Source: a virus | Lineage: Duplodnaviria; Caudoviricetes | DNA: 64,000 bases | IMG/VR virus record: IMGVR_UViG_3300037067_007848 | Coordinates: 1 to 64,000 of that record | Direction: 5' to 3' (one strand) | Shown: in pieces, positions 28,433-38,674 of the stretch | How the letters are laid out: the number at the start of each line of letters is the position of its first letter | Numbering within the stretch: the first letter of the stretch is position 1 | Position numbers and translations under genes: made by a program | The notes under the pieces: generated by a model | What the model saw: only the letters and a program-made list of their open reading frames with translations | Databases searched by the model: none | What the model was told of the DNA's origin: nothing

Positions 28433-28858
28433 ATGGCCAAAGATCAGACGGACAAATCACGATATCCTTCAAGATATTCACCAGGGCAATATGTAACCTC
28501 CGCCCAATATATTATTGAATTAGTTTGTGAACAATATGCCCGAAAACAAGGGAAAGAACTTCCAATTCATTTTTGGAGGTTGGCGGAATGGAAAACATAC
28601 TGGGGCGGACAATGTAGGACGGTTAATCAATTAGTTAAAAAATACCCGCCCCAAATTCTAATTAAAATTATTAAGGAAAAAAAATTAGATAACGTTCGCC
28701 CACAATGGGTTAGGGCATTGTTTAATAAGGCTATGTTGGAATATAAACCGCCCGCCGAAATGGGGCAAATAATTGAACGCCCCAAAGAAATTGTCCTTCC
28801 AGTTCAAAATAGGAAAGTGGGTATTTTAGACAAATTGGATGAAATAGATAAATTATGA
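28433..28858 (+). CDS. Conserved phage hypothetical protein
   Basis: YPSRY...AQYIIELVCE...FW. Confidence 0.65.
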   Translation: MAKDQTDKSRYPSRYSPGQYVTSAQYIIELVCEQYARKQGKELPIHFWRLAEWKTYWGGQCRTVNQLVKKYPPQILIKIIKEKKLDNVRPQWVRALFNKAMLEYKPPAEMGQIIERPKEIVLPVQNRKVGILDKLDEIDKL

Positions 28859-29067
28859 ATAAATATATTGATATACCTTCTTTAACAACCGAGGCAATTA
28901 AATCTAAGCTTTTTGATCTTCAATATCATAATTGTAATGGATCATTAGACACGAACAAACCGCCTTTCGATGGCAATAATCATGGTTGCGATGGATGTAC
29001 ATTGTACATGCAATTAATTGCCGAATTAAATAAAAGAAATTCTAAACAAAATAATAATTATGAATAA
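28855..29067 (+). CDS. Hypothetical protein
   Basis: Operon ORF. Confidence 0.5.
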   Translation: MNKYIDIPSLTTEAIKSKLFDLQYHNCNGSLDTNKPPFDGNNHGCDGCTLYMQLIAELNKRNSKQNNNYE

Positions 29068-29222
29068 AAATCCATGCAATTTATGCCATAGGCTTATATG
29101 CCCAGAGACAAAAAATCTTCCTTGTCAATCTAAATTATGGTTGACTATGAGTAAAGGTGGGCAAAATATTCCAAACAATCTAATAAATAGACCTGCCACG
29201 CCTAAAGGGAGTAGCAAAAATA

Positions 29223-30266
29223 ATGGCTAAAAAAAAAGACGACCAAACGCAAAATTCTGACTCAATTGCCCAAAGTATTAGGGATGATTTTGGCGATAAT
29301 GTTTTAGTAGACGCAAATTATATTTTGGAAAGGAAAAGGGTTGTTATACCAATTGGGCCAGCCTTGGATAGTATTTGTGGCGGAATCCCCGAGGGTTCAT
29401 ATGTAATATTTACAGGTCCTGCAAAAGCGGGCAAATCTCTTACTTCTTTATATTTTTCTGCAACCGCCCAAGATATGAAATATGCAACCGAATTATGCCC
29501 AAATGGCCGAGAAGTCTATTATTACAATATTGAGGGGCGATTAAAAGAACGCGACATAGATGGAATTCCCCATTTGTGTAAAGACCGATTTTTTATTATT
29601 CAATCTACCCCTAAAAAAATACTTACCGCAAGTGATTACCTCGAAATTGCCGACCGCCTAATTAATACTAAACCTTGTTCAATTCATATTCTTGATTCAT
29701 TTTCGGCATTATGCACTGAGGCAGAAAAAACTGGTGGAATGTCCGATATGCAAAGGGCGGATGGCCCTAAACTTTTGGCCAAATTCTGTCGAAAAATATG
29801 TAATGTTACGCCTGTCAACAATACGATAGTTATTGGGATTACCCACCAAATGGCCAATGTTACTGGTTATGGGTCACCACTTTCAGAAAAAAGCGGAAAC
29901 TCACTTAAATATCAAGTTGACGTTAAATTTATGGCGAAAAAAATTGAAAGATGGAGTTTAAAAGATGGAGACCCACCAATTGGTCAGTCGGTAGATTGGG
30001 AATGCCAAGCAACGGCTCTTAATATTGCCCCATGGGGCAAGGCAACTAGTTATCTTCGATATGGCATGGGGATTGACAAAGCCCAGGAATTGGCTATAAT
30101 GGCATCAGACCTTGGGATTATTTCAAAGGGCGGTGCTGGGTGGTATACCCTTCCAATGTTTGATAATACGAAATTGCAGGGCCTTGAAAATGTGCGGCGG
30201 TTTTTATTAAACACAGATGGGGCATATGAGAAAATTTACCAGGAAATAAGAAATATTATTGGGTAA
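29223..30266 (+). CDS. recA: RecA/UvsX-like recombinase
   Basis: GGIPEG, Walker A GPAKAGKS, ILDSFSAL, GNSLKY, GAGWY. Confidence 0.9.
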   Translation: MAKKKDDQTQNSDSIAQSIRDDFGDNVLVDANYILERKRVVIPIGPALDSICGGIPEGSYVIFTGPAKAGKSLTSLYFSATAQDMKYATELCPNGREVYYYNIEGRLKERDIDGIPHLCKDRFFIIQSTPKKILTASDYLEIADRLINTKPCSIHILDSFSALCTEAEKTGGMSDMQRADGPKLLAKFCRKICNVTPVNNTIVIGITHQMANVTGYGSPLSEKSGNSLKYQVDVKFMAKKIERWSLKDGDPPIGQSVDWECQATALNIAPWGKATSYLRYGMGIDKAQELAIMASDLGIISKGGAGWYTLPMFDNTKLQGLENVRRFLLNTDGAYEKIYQEIRNIIG

Positions 30267-30277
30267 GGATATGAATA

Positions 30278-30868
30278 ATGTTAAACGAGCAAGATAAAAC
30301 TGTTATAGAAGAATTTTATAATTCAATAGATAAAGAAAGAAATCATCTATATAAAGTAATTAAAAAGGGGTATTTAAAAGAAACTTTATATTTTTATAGA
30401 AGCGATAAAACACCCCAATTAGGAGATGAAGGATATGGATTTGGAAGATATATTTATGCCGAGGGAGAACATTTCGACTTAGGATTTAATATATATGACG
30501 AAGAGCCAGACTATGATAATATGACAGAAAATGAAATAGAAGAAGAAAATTATAAACATCATAAAAAACGTTTATTTAATAAACAAGAATTAAAAACTAT
30601 TTTATTTAAGAAAAAAGGGCCAAAACCAAAAACTTTAAAACAATATATTAAACGACATAAATATGATTTTCAAAAATATTATAAAAAAGGTGATTTATTT
30701 ATCGAGGCATTAATTATGGAAAATGGAATAGATAGATTAGTTTGGTTTGGTTCAGAAGATTATTGCGTTGGAGGAGAACATTTTCATAATAACTGGGCAA
30801 TAGAAAATTTAGAAAATATTGAAGAAATACCAAAACATAAAATTGAAGATTTTTTAAAAAAGGAATAA
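30278..30868 (+). CDS. Hypothetical protein
   Basis: ORF with RBS. Confidence 0.6.
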   Translation: MLNEQDKTVIEEFYNSIDKERNHLYKVIKKGYLKETLYFYRSDKTPQLGDEGYGFGRYIYAEGEHFDLGFNIYDEEPDYDNMTENEIEEENYKHHKKRLFNKQELKTILFKKKGPKPKTLKQYIKRHKYDFQKYYKKGDLFIEALIMENGIDRLVWFGSEDYCVGGEHFHNNWAIENLENIEEIPKHKIEDFLKKE

Positions 30869-30872
30869 TAAA

Positions 30873-31181
30873 ATGAACAAAATAGATAATTTAGCCAAAA
30901 TAATTAAAGCATTTCAAGAAGAACAAATGATAGAATATAAATGTATTTTATCTGGGGTCGATCCAAAATGGGAAGATATTAAAGATTCGCGGTTGTTTGA
31001 ACAATCTATAGCCGATTATATTGATGGTAATGTTGATTTAAGAATTAAACAAGAACCAAGAGTAATTTGGGTCAATATATATGATAGTGGAGAAATTTTT
31101 GCCTGCAAATCTAAAAGCGATGCCAAATCTGCCAGTGACTATTCATGTGAATGCGTCAGATTTATAGAAGATCAAAATTGA
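30873..31181 (+). CDS. Hypothetical protein
   Basis: LRIKQEPRVIWVNIY phage-type motif. Confidence 0.6.
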   Translation: MNKIDNLAKIIKAFQEEQMIEYKCILSGVDPKWEDIKDSRLFEQSIADYIDGNVDLRIKQEPRVIWVNIYDSGEIFACKSKSDAKSASDYSCECVRFIEDQN

Positions 31182-31236
31182 ACATTCCTAATGAATAATA
31201 AATATAAATACAAATATAATTTTAAGGAGTCTTCAA

Positions 31237-31641
31237 CTGAAAGTCATAGACCTTAATGGTAATAAATCTTCTTGGTGTATTGCAGATTGTGTTGTAAATC
31301 CGTCCAATAAACGTTCCGCCCGATCTTCTCTTCACCTACAAACACGACAAATTTTACTAGAGAAATATCCCACATTAACAATATGCGAAGAATGCCCAAT
31401 TGCCCTAAGACGCGGCGAAATTGCCTATCTTGATTTTTATCTTCCTCTTTTAAAAACTGCCGTCGAGGTAAATGGAGAACAACATTTTAAGTATACGCCG
31501 CACTTTCATGGGTCGGCCCAAGGATTTTTACGAGCAAAAAAAAAGGATAGAGATAAGGCCGAATGGTGTGAGAAAAATGGCATAAAACTTGTGAATTTAA
31601 ACTATAATGAGGATGTCGAAGAATGGAAGAAGAAGATTTAA
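31237..31641 (+). CDS. DUF559/Vsr-like endonuclease with a CTG start (absent from the ORF track)
   Basis: AAGGAG RBS 7 nt before CTG; 134 aa with YLDFYLP..AVEVNGEQHF..FH...KDRDK..WCE.NGI. Confidence 0.8.
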   Translation: MKVIDLNGNKSSWCIADCVVNPSNKRSARSSLHLQTRQILLEKYPTLTICEECPIALRRGEIAYLDFYLPLLKTAVEVNGEQHFKYTPHFHGSAQGFLRAKKKDRDKAEWCEKNGIKLVNLNYNEDVEEWKKKI

Positions 31642-31644
31642 ATA

Positions 31645-32145
31645 ATGGAAGATAATTCCCCTGCCAAAGAACGAATGGAAAAAATTGAAGCCGTATTAGA
31701 CGAATACGAGCGACAATGCGGTTTCCCGCCAATCAAAAGTCCTGGCCAAGAACAAGAATTAGACGAATATTTGAGTATGGGGCGTGATACAATCGAAAAA
31801 CTCACCCCTGAGGCAGCTGGCTCACTATCTTATCGCCTTTCTCAATTTGCGTTTTACATTCAACGACTCTATAATAGGGAAAGATCGCGTAAAACATGGG
31901 CAGATAGTGAATTAAACCGCGTAATAGCAGCACATATTGAGGATTATAGTCGATATATTAAATACGACATGAGAGCCGCGATGGTATGCCGCGAAAATGC
32001 CTATGCCACAAATGTTCAAAGTATTGTGCGATATGCCACACAAAGAATGCAAAGATTAGAAGACTTATCAGAGGGAATTCAAAATTTGGCACTTGCAATT
32101 AAGTCGGTTGGATATATGAAACAACAACTTAATAAGAATTTATAA
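31645..32145 (+). CDS. Helical protein, possibly a UvsY-like recombination mediator
   Basis: Long amphipathic helices; lies between recA and dnaB. Confidence 0.45.
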   Translation: MEDNSPAKERMEKIEAVLDEYERQCGFPPIKSPGQEQELDEYLSMGRDTIEKLTPEAAGSLSYRLSQFAFYIQRLYNRERSRKTWADSELNRVIAAHIEDYSRYIKYDMRAAMVCRENAYATNVQSIVRYATQRMQRLEDLSEGIQNLALAIKSVGYMKQQLNKNL

Positions 32146-32158
32146 TAGAAATCTACAA

Positions 32159-32554
32159 ATGGAAAATATATTTAAATTATTTCTTACTGACTACTTACTT
32201 ACAACAATAAAAAAAGATTTGGAGGATGATCCTTTATATCTACCACAACCAAATACTAATAATAGAATAAATGTTATTCTTTTGGACAAAGTTATTCATT
32301 CGATTTCAATTAAAAAAGGATATATCAACGAAAATAGACATAATGTTGTTGCTAGAGGAATAGATTTATTAATATTTAATTTTATTAAAACAATCCACGA
32401 TAATATTTTTACTAATCGTCAATATCAAATTAATATACCTGATAAGAGTCGAATTAGCCCAACTGAAGACAATATAATTTGGAAGATTGAAGAAGATGTA
32501 GATAAATATATTATAACATGTAAAATCTGGGAAATAATTATAAATAATAAATAG
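32159..32554 (+). CDS. Hypothetical protein
   Basis: AT-rich ORF. Confidence 0.5.
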   Translation: MENIFKLFLTDYLLTTIKKDLEDDPLYLPQPNTNNRINVILLDKVIHSISIKKGYINENRHNVVARGIDLLIFNFIKTIHDNIFTNRQYQINIPDKSRISPTEDNIIWKIEEDVDKYIITCKIWEIIINNK

Positions 32555-32562
32555 GAGAAATA

Positions 32563-33111
32563 ATGTTAGAAAAAGAAGATATTAAATTAATTAAAAATAT
32601 TGTGTCCGAAATAGTATTAGCGAAAATACCCACTAATACCCAAATTAAAAAACCACGGAAAAAAGCCGTTAAAAAAGTTGTCAAAAAATCAGTAAAAGCA
32701 CCAAAAACATCCAAAAAAATAACGACACAAAAAAAATCACCCAATATTATATCTCCTCAACCAATTCGTTTAAATGGAAAAAGAGAAGGAATAAATAATC
32801 GAGTTAATAGGGCTAGTGAATTAGAGGGGAGGGGGCATAATTATGGCCGAACTGAGGCATTTCAATTTGTAAAAAATCGCCCCAATCTTTTCCTATCTAG
32901 TGACGTGCGAAATATGCACAAAGAAGACGTTAAAATAGATAAAATATTAAATAAAAACAAACAAACAATACAAAGGCGTGAGGCGGTCCAAATGTATTCA
33001 GTTGATTGTATCCGATGTGGCAAAGAATTTGTTGTTACATACGATATAATTCCATTTGATGCCGAAACAAACGAACCAAACTATATTTGCGATAGTTGTG
33101 TAAGGAGATAA
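32563..33111 (+). CDS. Lys-rich protein with a C-terminal zinc ribbon
   Basis: KKPRKKAVKK; CIRCG...CDSC. Confidence 0.65.
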   Translation: MLEKEDIKLIKNIVSEIVLAKIPTNTQIKKPRKKAVKKVVKKSVKAPKTSKKITTQKKSPNIISPQPIRLNGKREGINNRVNRASELEGRGHNYGRTEAFQFVKNRPNLFLSSDVRNMHKEDVKIDKILNKNKQTIQRREAVQMYSVDCIRCGKEFVVTYDIIPFDAETNEPNYICDSCVRR

Positions 33112-33112
33112 T

Positions 33113-34579
33113 TTGTCAACACTTTTTGCCGATTTAGCATCTGAGAGGGCAATTTTAGCGGGAATTTGCCGATACCACGAAAAAGCATATTATGACGTTG
33201 TTGATATTATACAGGAATCGTCATTTAATTCGGACTTAAATCGTTATATTTATCAAAGTATTAAGTCTATATTTAATAAACAAAATAATGCCCGATTAGA
33301 TATTCCCACACTTCAATCAGCCGCCCAAGAACTTGGATTGGGCTATTTATTTGCCAAAAAAGACGACGTTCAATATTTACAGGCCCTATTTGAATTTCCA
33401 ATTGACTTAGATAATGTTCGCAAATTTGCCGCTAAAATTCGTAAATTAGAAATTGGCAAACTATTATATTCTCAACTTGAAGACGCCCAGCAAACTTTAT
33501 CCAAAATTAATGGAAGTGAATCTGTTTCATCTATTTTAAGTATCGCAGAAGAAAAGATATTTAATTTTTCCTCCTTGTTAAATAATAAATCCGAAGATAC
33601 AGAACTACTGGGTGAAGATGCCGAACAAATTTTACAAAATTTAATTGATAATCCTGTAACACAAGTTGGTATTCCAACTGGACTACCCGCTTTTGATAAA
33701 ATGATTGGTGGCGGACTACGAGAAGGATCTGTAAGTGTAATTTCGGCACGAATTAAACAAGGGAAAAGTATGTTGGCCGATAATATTGGGCGACATATTG
33801 CCGAAAATTATTGCCCCGTTCTTAATTTAGATACCGAAATGCTTAGGGAAGATCATTTATATCGAACATTGGCGTCAATGACCGAAATTCCTATTAACGA
33901 TATAGAAACTGGTAGTTTTGCTAAAAATCCACATAATAAAATTAAAGTTCAACAGGCGGCAAAAATATTATCAAAAACGCCATATCATCATAAAAATATA
34001 CGCGGATTATCATTTGAAGATCAATTGTCTATAATACGACGGTGGATGGCACAATACGTAGGGTTTAATACGGATGGGACGGCCAAAAAATGTGTTATTA
34101 TATATGATTATATTAAATTAATGGATACAGTGGATTTGGGCAAAAATATGGCCGAGCACCAACTTATCGGTTTTATGATGACATCTATGCACAATTTTGC
34201 CACACATTATAAAGTACCATTTCTTGCCTTTTGCCAGCAAAATAGAGATGGTATCACTAAAGAAGACACAGGAACGGCATCTCAATCTGACAGAATTCTT
34301 TGGTTGTGCGATAATTTTAGTATATTCAAAACAAAATCGGACGAAGAACGATCTGAAGATGGGTCGAAATCTGGAAATAAAAAGTTAATTGTTTTGGTGT
34401 CTCGGCATGGAGGGGGGTGTGAATTCGGTAATTATATCAACCTTCATATGAATGGTTGTTGTGGCAAAATTACAGAGGGAAAAACAAAATTTGAATTAGA
34501 ATTAGATAAAGGAAATCATTTAGACGAAGGGTTTAAAACTGAAGGAAATGACGATGATATTCCTTTTGATCCCGATTAA
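33113..34579 (+). CDS. dnaB: Replicative DNA helicase
   Basis: SERAILAG, GIPTG, ARIKQGKS, DTEM, YDYIKL, QQNR, SRHG; TTG start. Confidence 0.93.
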   Translation: MSTLFADLASERAILAGICRYHEKAYYDVVDIIQESSFNSDLNRYIYQSIKSIFNKQNNARLDIPTLQSAAQELGLGYLFAKKDDVQYLQALFEFPIDLDNVRKFAAKIRKLEIGKLLYSQLEDAQQTLSKINGSESVSSILSIAEEKIFNFSSLLNNKSEDTELLGEDAEQILQNLIDNPVTQVGIPTGLPAFDKMIGGGLREGSVSVISARIKQGKSMLADNIGRHIAENYCPVLNLDTEMLREDHLYRTLASMTEIPINDIETGSFAKNPHNKIKVQQAAKILSKTPYHHKNIRGLSFEDQLSIIRRWMAQYVGFNTDGTAKKCVIIYDYIKLMDTVDLGKNMAEHQLIGFMMTSMHNFATHYKVPFLAFCQQNRDGITKEDTGTASQSDRILWLCDNFSIFKTKSDEERSEDGSKSGNKKLIVLVSRHGGGCEFGNYINLHMNGCCGKITEGKTKFELELDKGNHLDEGFKTEGNDDDIPFDPD

Positions 34580-35728
34580 ATGAAAAATAAATTTATTGAA
34601 CAGGAAAAATTATATGCCATATCAATTAATATTATGGCAAGGATTGAGGATATTCTACAATGTCTTGGCGTAGAATTACGGGATGGTCGAAAAATGTTGG
34701 TCGGCCCCTGTCCAATACACGGCGGGGATAAATATAACGCCTTTAATTTATATACCGAGGAAGATAGTATTGGGGCTTGGAAATGTCGCACTCATAATTG
34801 CCATCGTTATTTCGCTGGAAATATCATAGGATTTATTCGTGGCGTTTTATCAAGACAAAAGTGTGGGTGGTCAAAAAATGGGGATGAAATTTATTCATTT
34901 GCCAATACTCTAAAGTTTATCTCCGAATGCCTAAACGAAGATTTTTCTTCTATTAAAGTAAATTCGGACAAAATGGAACAACGGCGATTTATAAATTATT
35001 CACGATATTTTCAAAAATTTCAACCAATTAAAAATGGGACAACTAGGGAAGATATTCGGAAAATATTAACAATTCCTTGTCCCTATTTTATTAAACGTAA
35101 TTTTTTGCCCGAAACATTGGATTATTTTGACATTGGGACATGTAATACGCCATCCAATACTTTGTTTAATTCGTCGGTTGTCCCCATTTATGATTTAGAG
35201 AAAAAATTTGTTATTGGAACCAGTGCCCGTTCAATTTGGGAAAAATGTACAAAATGCGGGACATGGCATAACCCCAAAAGAGGTTGCCCAAATTATTTTG
35301 AAATAGATAAATATTCTAAGTGGAGACACTCAAATTTCAAGAGAAATACATCCGTTTACAATTACTGGAATGCCGCCCGCGATATTTATAGGACAAAAGT
35401 ATGTATTTTGACCGAATCACCAGGAAATGTTTGGGCATTACAACAGGCTGGATTGCCAATTGGGCTTGCGACCTATGGAACGGCATTGGACGATAACCAA
35501 ATTCGACTATTAAATATGACTGGGGCACTTTCCATAATATTAATCGGCGACAATGATAAAGCGGGACATGAATTTAACGTGATAAATACACAAAAATTGC
35601 GGTCTATGTTTGATATTCATACAATTATTCCTTGTAAAAATGATATTGGAGATATGACAATTGAGGAAATTAAACAACAAATTAAGCCAGTGTGCATCCA
35701 GTGTAAAGAAAAATGGGCGATTTTGTAA
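34580..35728 (+). CDS. dnaG: DNA primase (CHC2 zinc finger plus TOPRIM)
   Basis: CPIHGGD..WKCRTHNC; ILTESP; GDNDKAG; NDIGD. Confidence 0.85.
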   Translation: MKNKFIEQEKLYAISINIMARIEDILQCLGVELRDGRKMLVGPCPIHGGDKYNAFNLYTEEDSIGAWKCRTHNCHRYFAGNIIGFIRGVLSRQKCGWSKNGDEIYSFANTLKFISECLNEDFSSIKVNSDKMEQRRFINYSRYFQKFQPIKNGTTREDIRKILTIPCPYFIKRNFLPETLDYFDIGTCNTPSNTLFNSSVVPIYDLEKKFVIGTSARSIWEKCTKCGTWHNPKRGCPNYFEIDKYSKWRHSNFKRNTSVYNYWNAARDIYRTKVCILTESPGNVWALQQAGLPIGLATYGTALDDNQIRLLNMTGALSIILIGDNDKAGHEFNVINTQKLRSMFDIHTIIPCKNDIGDMTIEEIKQQIKPVCIQCKEKWAIL

Positions 35729-35735
35729 ATAATGC

Positions 35736-35763
35736 TTGACAAATGGCCGATATAGGCTATAAT
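35736..35763 (+). promoter_or_regulatory. Sigma70-type promoter TTGACA-N16-TATAAT
   Basis: Perfect hexamers just upstream of the stem-loop array. Confidence 0.8.
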
Positions 35764-35772
35764 ATAGTCGTT

Positions 35773-35949
35773 AGAGCAAATGAAGTTCCTCTTTTATATC
35801 AATTGGAGATTTTTACTTCTGGCTCTTTCTTACGAGGCATAGGTAGTTCCTATTAAATATTTTTACATAATAACTTACTACCCGCCTCATTTTTTTTTAG
35901 ATTTTTAGCATAGGAAGTTCCTATATTTTTATCAATTATACTTCCCGCT
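35773..35949 (+). ncRNA. Three tandem structured RNA units (bulged stem, variable loop)
   Basis: Units at 35773-826, 35834-888 and 35907-949 share GCA.A.G.AGTTCCT...TACT.C..GC with covarying pairs. Confidence 0.65.
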
Positions 35950-35968
35950 TTATTTATTTGAGGAAAAT

Positions 35969-37885
35969 ATGAATAAAGAAATTATTGCCGCAACTCTTAA
36001 TCTATTCAATGGAATTGTAATTACTAAACAAGATTATGATAAGGCATCATTATCTAAATACCTAATTTGCAAAACATTTAGAGTTTGTCTGAAAAATGGA
36101 TTTATTTTATCTCCATCAATCTATCTTCAGTATAAAAAAGATATTGTTGAAATATTATCACAAATTGACGATACTGTTGGAATTAATGGAAAAAATCTTA
36201 ACACGGCATTTCATAAATCCTGGGAAAAGGTTTGTGATTCTTCGATTGAACAATTAGTTTTAGAGCAATTTGTACATTATTTTACAACATACGGATTTGA
36301 ATCGTTAGGGATTGATAATGATATTGTCTACATTCCAACAGAAAAATTAAAAATTCCAAAAGTTAAAATAGATAGAATACCATTGACTATAATTCACGGA
36401 TATACCTTAGATGAAATTAAATCTAAAATTTCCGCCCTTCTATCTTCAGGAATTGCACTATCCGAAAAAACCATTCAAGATTTAGTTTTGTTGATTAAAT
36501 ATTACAAATTTTTTAATGCCACCGATTTAGCAAATATTAAAAATAAAGAAATACGTGTTATATTATATAAAGAATTGAATATTATTCCAGCTAACAATGT
36601 TGAATTTCTACGATTTTTAATTTACATTTCTACTGGAAAATCTTTACTTATTAAAAACAAAGAAACAATCGAAAGTATTAAGTCGGGAAGTTTAGATGTT
36701 GATGTATTTAATTGTCTTAATACATATATAAAAATGTATGGAATAGAGCGTTTAGGGGAGATATTTTACAGATTTAAACCATTATTTTTGGCTTTTAAGT
36801 TCAATGATTGTCAACCTATTATCAATAGAATACGCCGATCGGCAAAACAAAATCATAAACCATTAATACCCGATTATATTAATTCGGTAACACAACTTTT
36901 AGTCAAAGACGATTTGGATTTACATAAATTATTCAACGAACTAAAAAAAGTAAATACGTTTAGAAAGATTAAATTGTTATATGCCCTAGCCATGAGAACA
37001 ATTGACTGCGGAAGTGCCGTTTATAATATTCGCAATGGAAAGACATGGACAAAATTAGTTAAAAATAATTATTCATATGAACAGGCGTCAGAAATTTATA
37101 ATATTGTCTATTCCAATTTGGTGAATGATATTTCGCCCAATATTAAAGGAAAAAAGATTTATATCCCTAAAAATATAAAATATTCCATCCCATCCACCGA
37201 AAAACAATTTGTTGATAAAATTCCCGCTGGGACACACATTAAATTTGACAATAGAATGGTTTTTGGTGTGCATTGGGCGAATCAGGATGGGCAACGTATT
37301 GATTTAGACCTTAGTTTGTTATCTCTCAACAAAAAATTTGGGTGGGATGCATATTATCGTTCTGGTAGTGATATATTATTTTCAGGAGATATGACAGATG
37401 CACCACAACCACATGGGGCATCCGAATTATTTTCAATCAGCAATACTAACGATAAACAATTTCTAGTAAGCCTAAACTACTACAATAGAGATAATGATAG
37501 TCCGAAAATTGTGCCATTTAAGTTGTTTTTGGCCAAAACATTTGATAAAAAAATGTCACATAATTACATGGTCGATCCAAACAATATTCTTACACAGTGT
37601 AATCTTGAATTATCGAGACAACAAAAATTTATTGGATTTATCAATCGAACTGGTTTTTATTTTACCAATAGTGATTTTATTCAAGGAAGAACATTGAGAG
37701 ATAACAATCATACAAAAAATATGATTAATTATTTTGTAAAATTTTACCAGAATGCACTTAGTTTAAATTATTTATTACATGATGCGGGAGCAATTATGGT
37801 TGACAACCCAGAAGATTGTGATATTAATTTAGATTTACAAAGTATAGAAAAAGACACAATAATTAATTTATTAACAAAACCATGA
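35969..37885 (+). CDS. Large helical protein with a C-terminal TerD-like domain
   Basis: GVHW...IDLDLS...FSGDMTDAP..GASE. Confidence 0.65.
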   Translation: MNKEIIAATLNLFNGIVITKQDYDKASLSKYLICKTFRVCLKNGFILSPSIYLQYKKDIVEILSQIDDTVGINGKNLNTAFHKSWEKVCDSSIEQLVLEQFVHYFTTYGFESLGIDNDIVYIPTEKLKIPKVKIDRIPLTIIHGYTLDEIKSKISALLSSGIALSEKTIQDLVLLIKYYKFFNATDLANIKNKEIRVILYKELNIIPANNVEFLRFLIYISTGKSLLIKNKETIESIKSGSLDVDVFNCLNTYIKMYGIERLGEIFYRFKPLFLAFKFNDCQPIINRIRRSAKQNHKPLIPDYINSVTQLLVKDDLDLHKLFNELKKVNTFRKIKLLYALAMRTIDCGSAVYNIRNGKTWTKLVKNNYSYEQASEIYNIVYSNLVNDISPNIKGKKIYIPKNIKYSIPSTEKQFVDKIPAGTHIKFDNRMVFGVHWANQDGQRIDLDLSLLSLNKKFGWDAYYRSGSDILFSGDMTDAPQPHGASELFSISNTNDKQFLVSLNYYNRDNDSPKIVPFKLFLAKTFDKKMSHNYMVDPNNILTQCNLELSRQQKFIGFINRTGFYFTNSDFIQGRTLRDNNHTKNMINYFVKFYQNALSLNYLLHDAGAIMVDNPEDCDINLDLQSIEKDTIINLLTKP

Positions 37886-38388
37886 AAAATCCAAATATAA
37901 TACGTGTTGGTGATTATATTCGTATTATTAATCCTGAATTATTTGTTCGATGTGGATACCCACTTACAATTAAGGTTCAGCAAGAAGATATTGAAAAACA
38001 ATTTGGGGACGATATTCGTTTGTTAATTAATAAGGTTGGACTTCAATACACATCTTTTGCAGAAAATAAAACATTTAACGAAATTTCACAATCTCTTGCC
38101 TATTATATGGTAAAACAAAAGAAATTTGGTGGAAATGAAAGAAAAATATATACAAAAACTTGTGAAGAATTAATAGAAAATGTATATAAAGTTATTAATA
38201 TAAAAATTGTAAAAACTGGGATATATTGCGTTGGTGGATATTCTGGATATGAAGGGCAGGAATGGGAACCTGCATCTTTAGAAAATCCAAAAACTCACAA
38301 AATATTAGAATTGGATATGTTTCACGAATTTCCATTTATAGAAGATAAAAATGTCAAAAAAACAATTACTACCAAAATTGATAATTAA
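37882..38388 (+). CDS. Hypothetical protein
   Basis: Operon ORF. Confidence 0.6.
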   Translation: MKNPNIIRVGDYIRIINPELFVRCGYPLTIKVQQEDIEKQFGDDIRLLINKVGLQYTSFAENKTFNEISQSLAYYMVKQKKFGGNERKIYTKTCEELIENVYKVINIKIVKTGIYCVGGYSGYEGQEWEPASLENPKTHKILELDMFHEFPFIEDKNVKKTITTKIDN

Positions 38389-38674
38389 TAATCTCCACGA
38401 ATTTGAATTTTGGGAGTATAAATTAAGTCATAGGAATATATGGATTGATACATTAATTATAAATATGGAATATGTTGAAAAATCAATAAAAATTCCTCAT
38501 TGTATCAATTCTTTATATTTTCCCAAACTTAAAAAATGTGATAATATTTCTTTTAGACCGACACATCTTAAAGAATACAATCAAGATTTTTACATTGCAG
38601 TGCCTTCGACGTTATCCCTAGACATTATTCCAGCGAGTTGGGTTCTAAAATATCAACTGAGATTTTATCTATGA
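38351..38674 (+). CDS. Hypothetical protein
   Basis: Operon ORF. Confidence 0.45.
   Translation: MSKKQLLPKLIINNLHEFEFWEYKLSHRNIWIDTLIINMEYVEKSIKIPHCINSLYFPKLKKCDNISFRPTHLKEYNQDFYIAVPSTLSLDIIPASWVLKYQLRFYL

Noticed and set aside
35773-35949. CRISPR array or simple terminators
   Set aside because: Units are unequal in length with conservation at both paired ends; they lie directly after a promoter and share an unpaired TCCT
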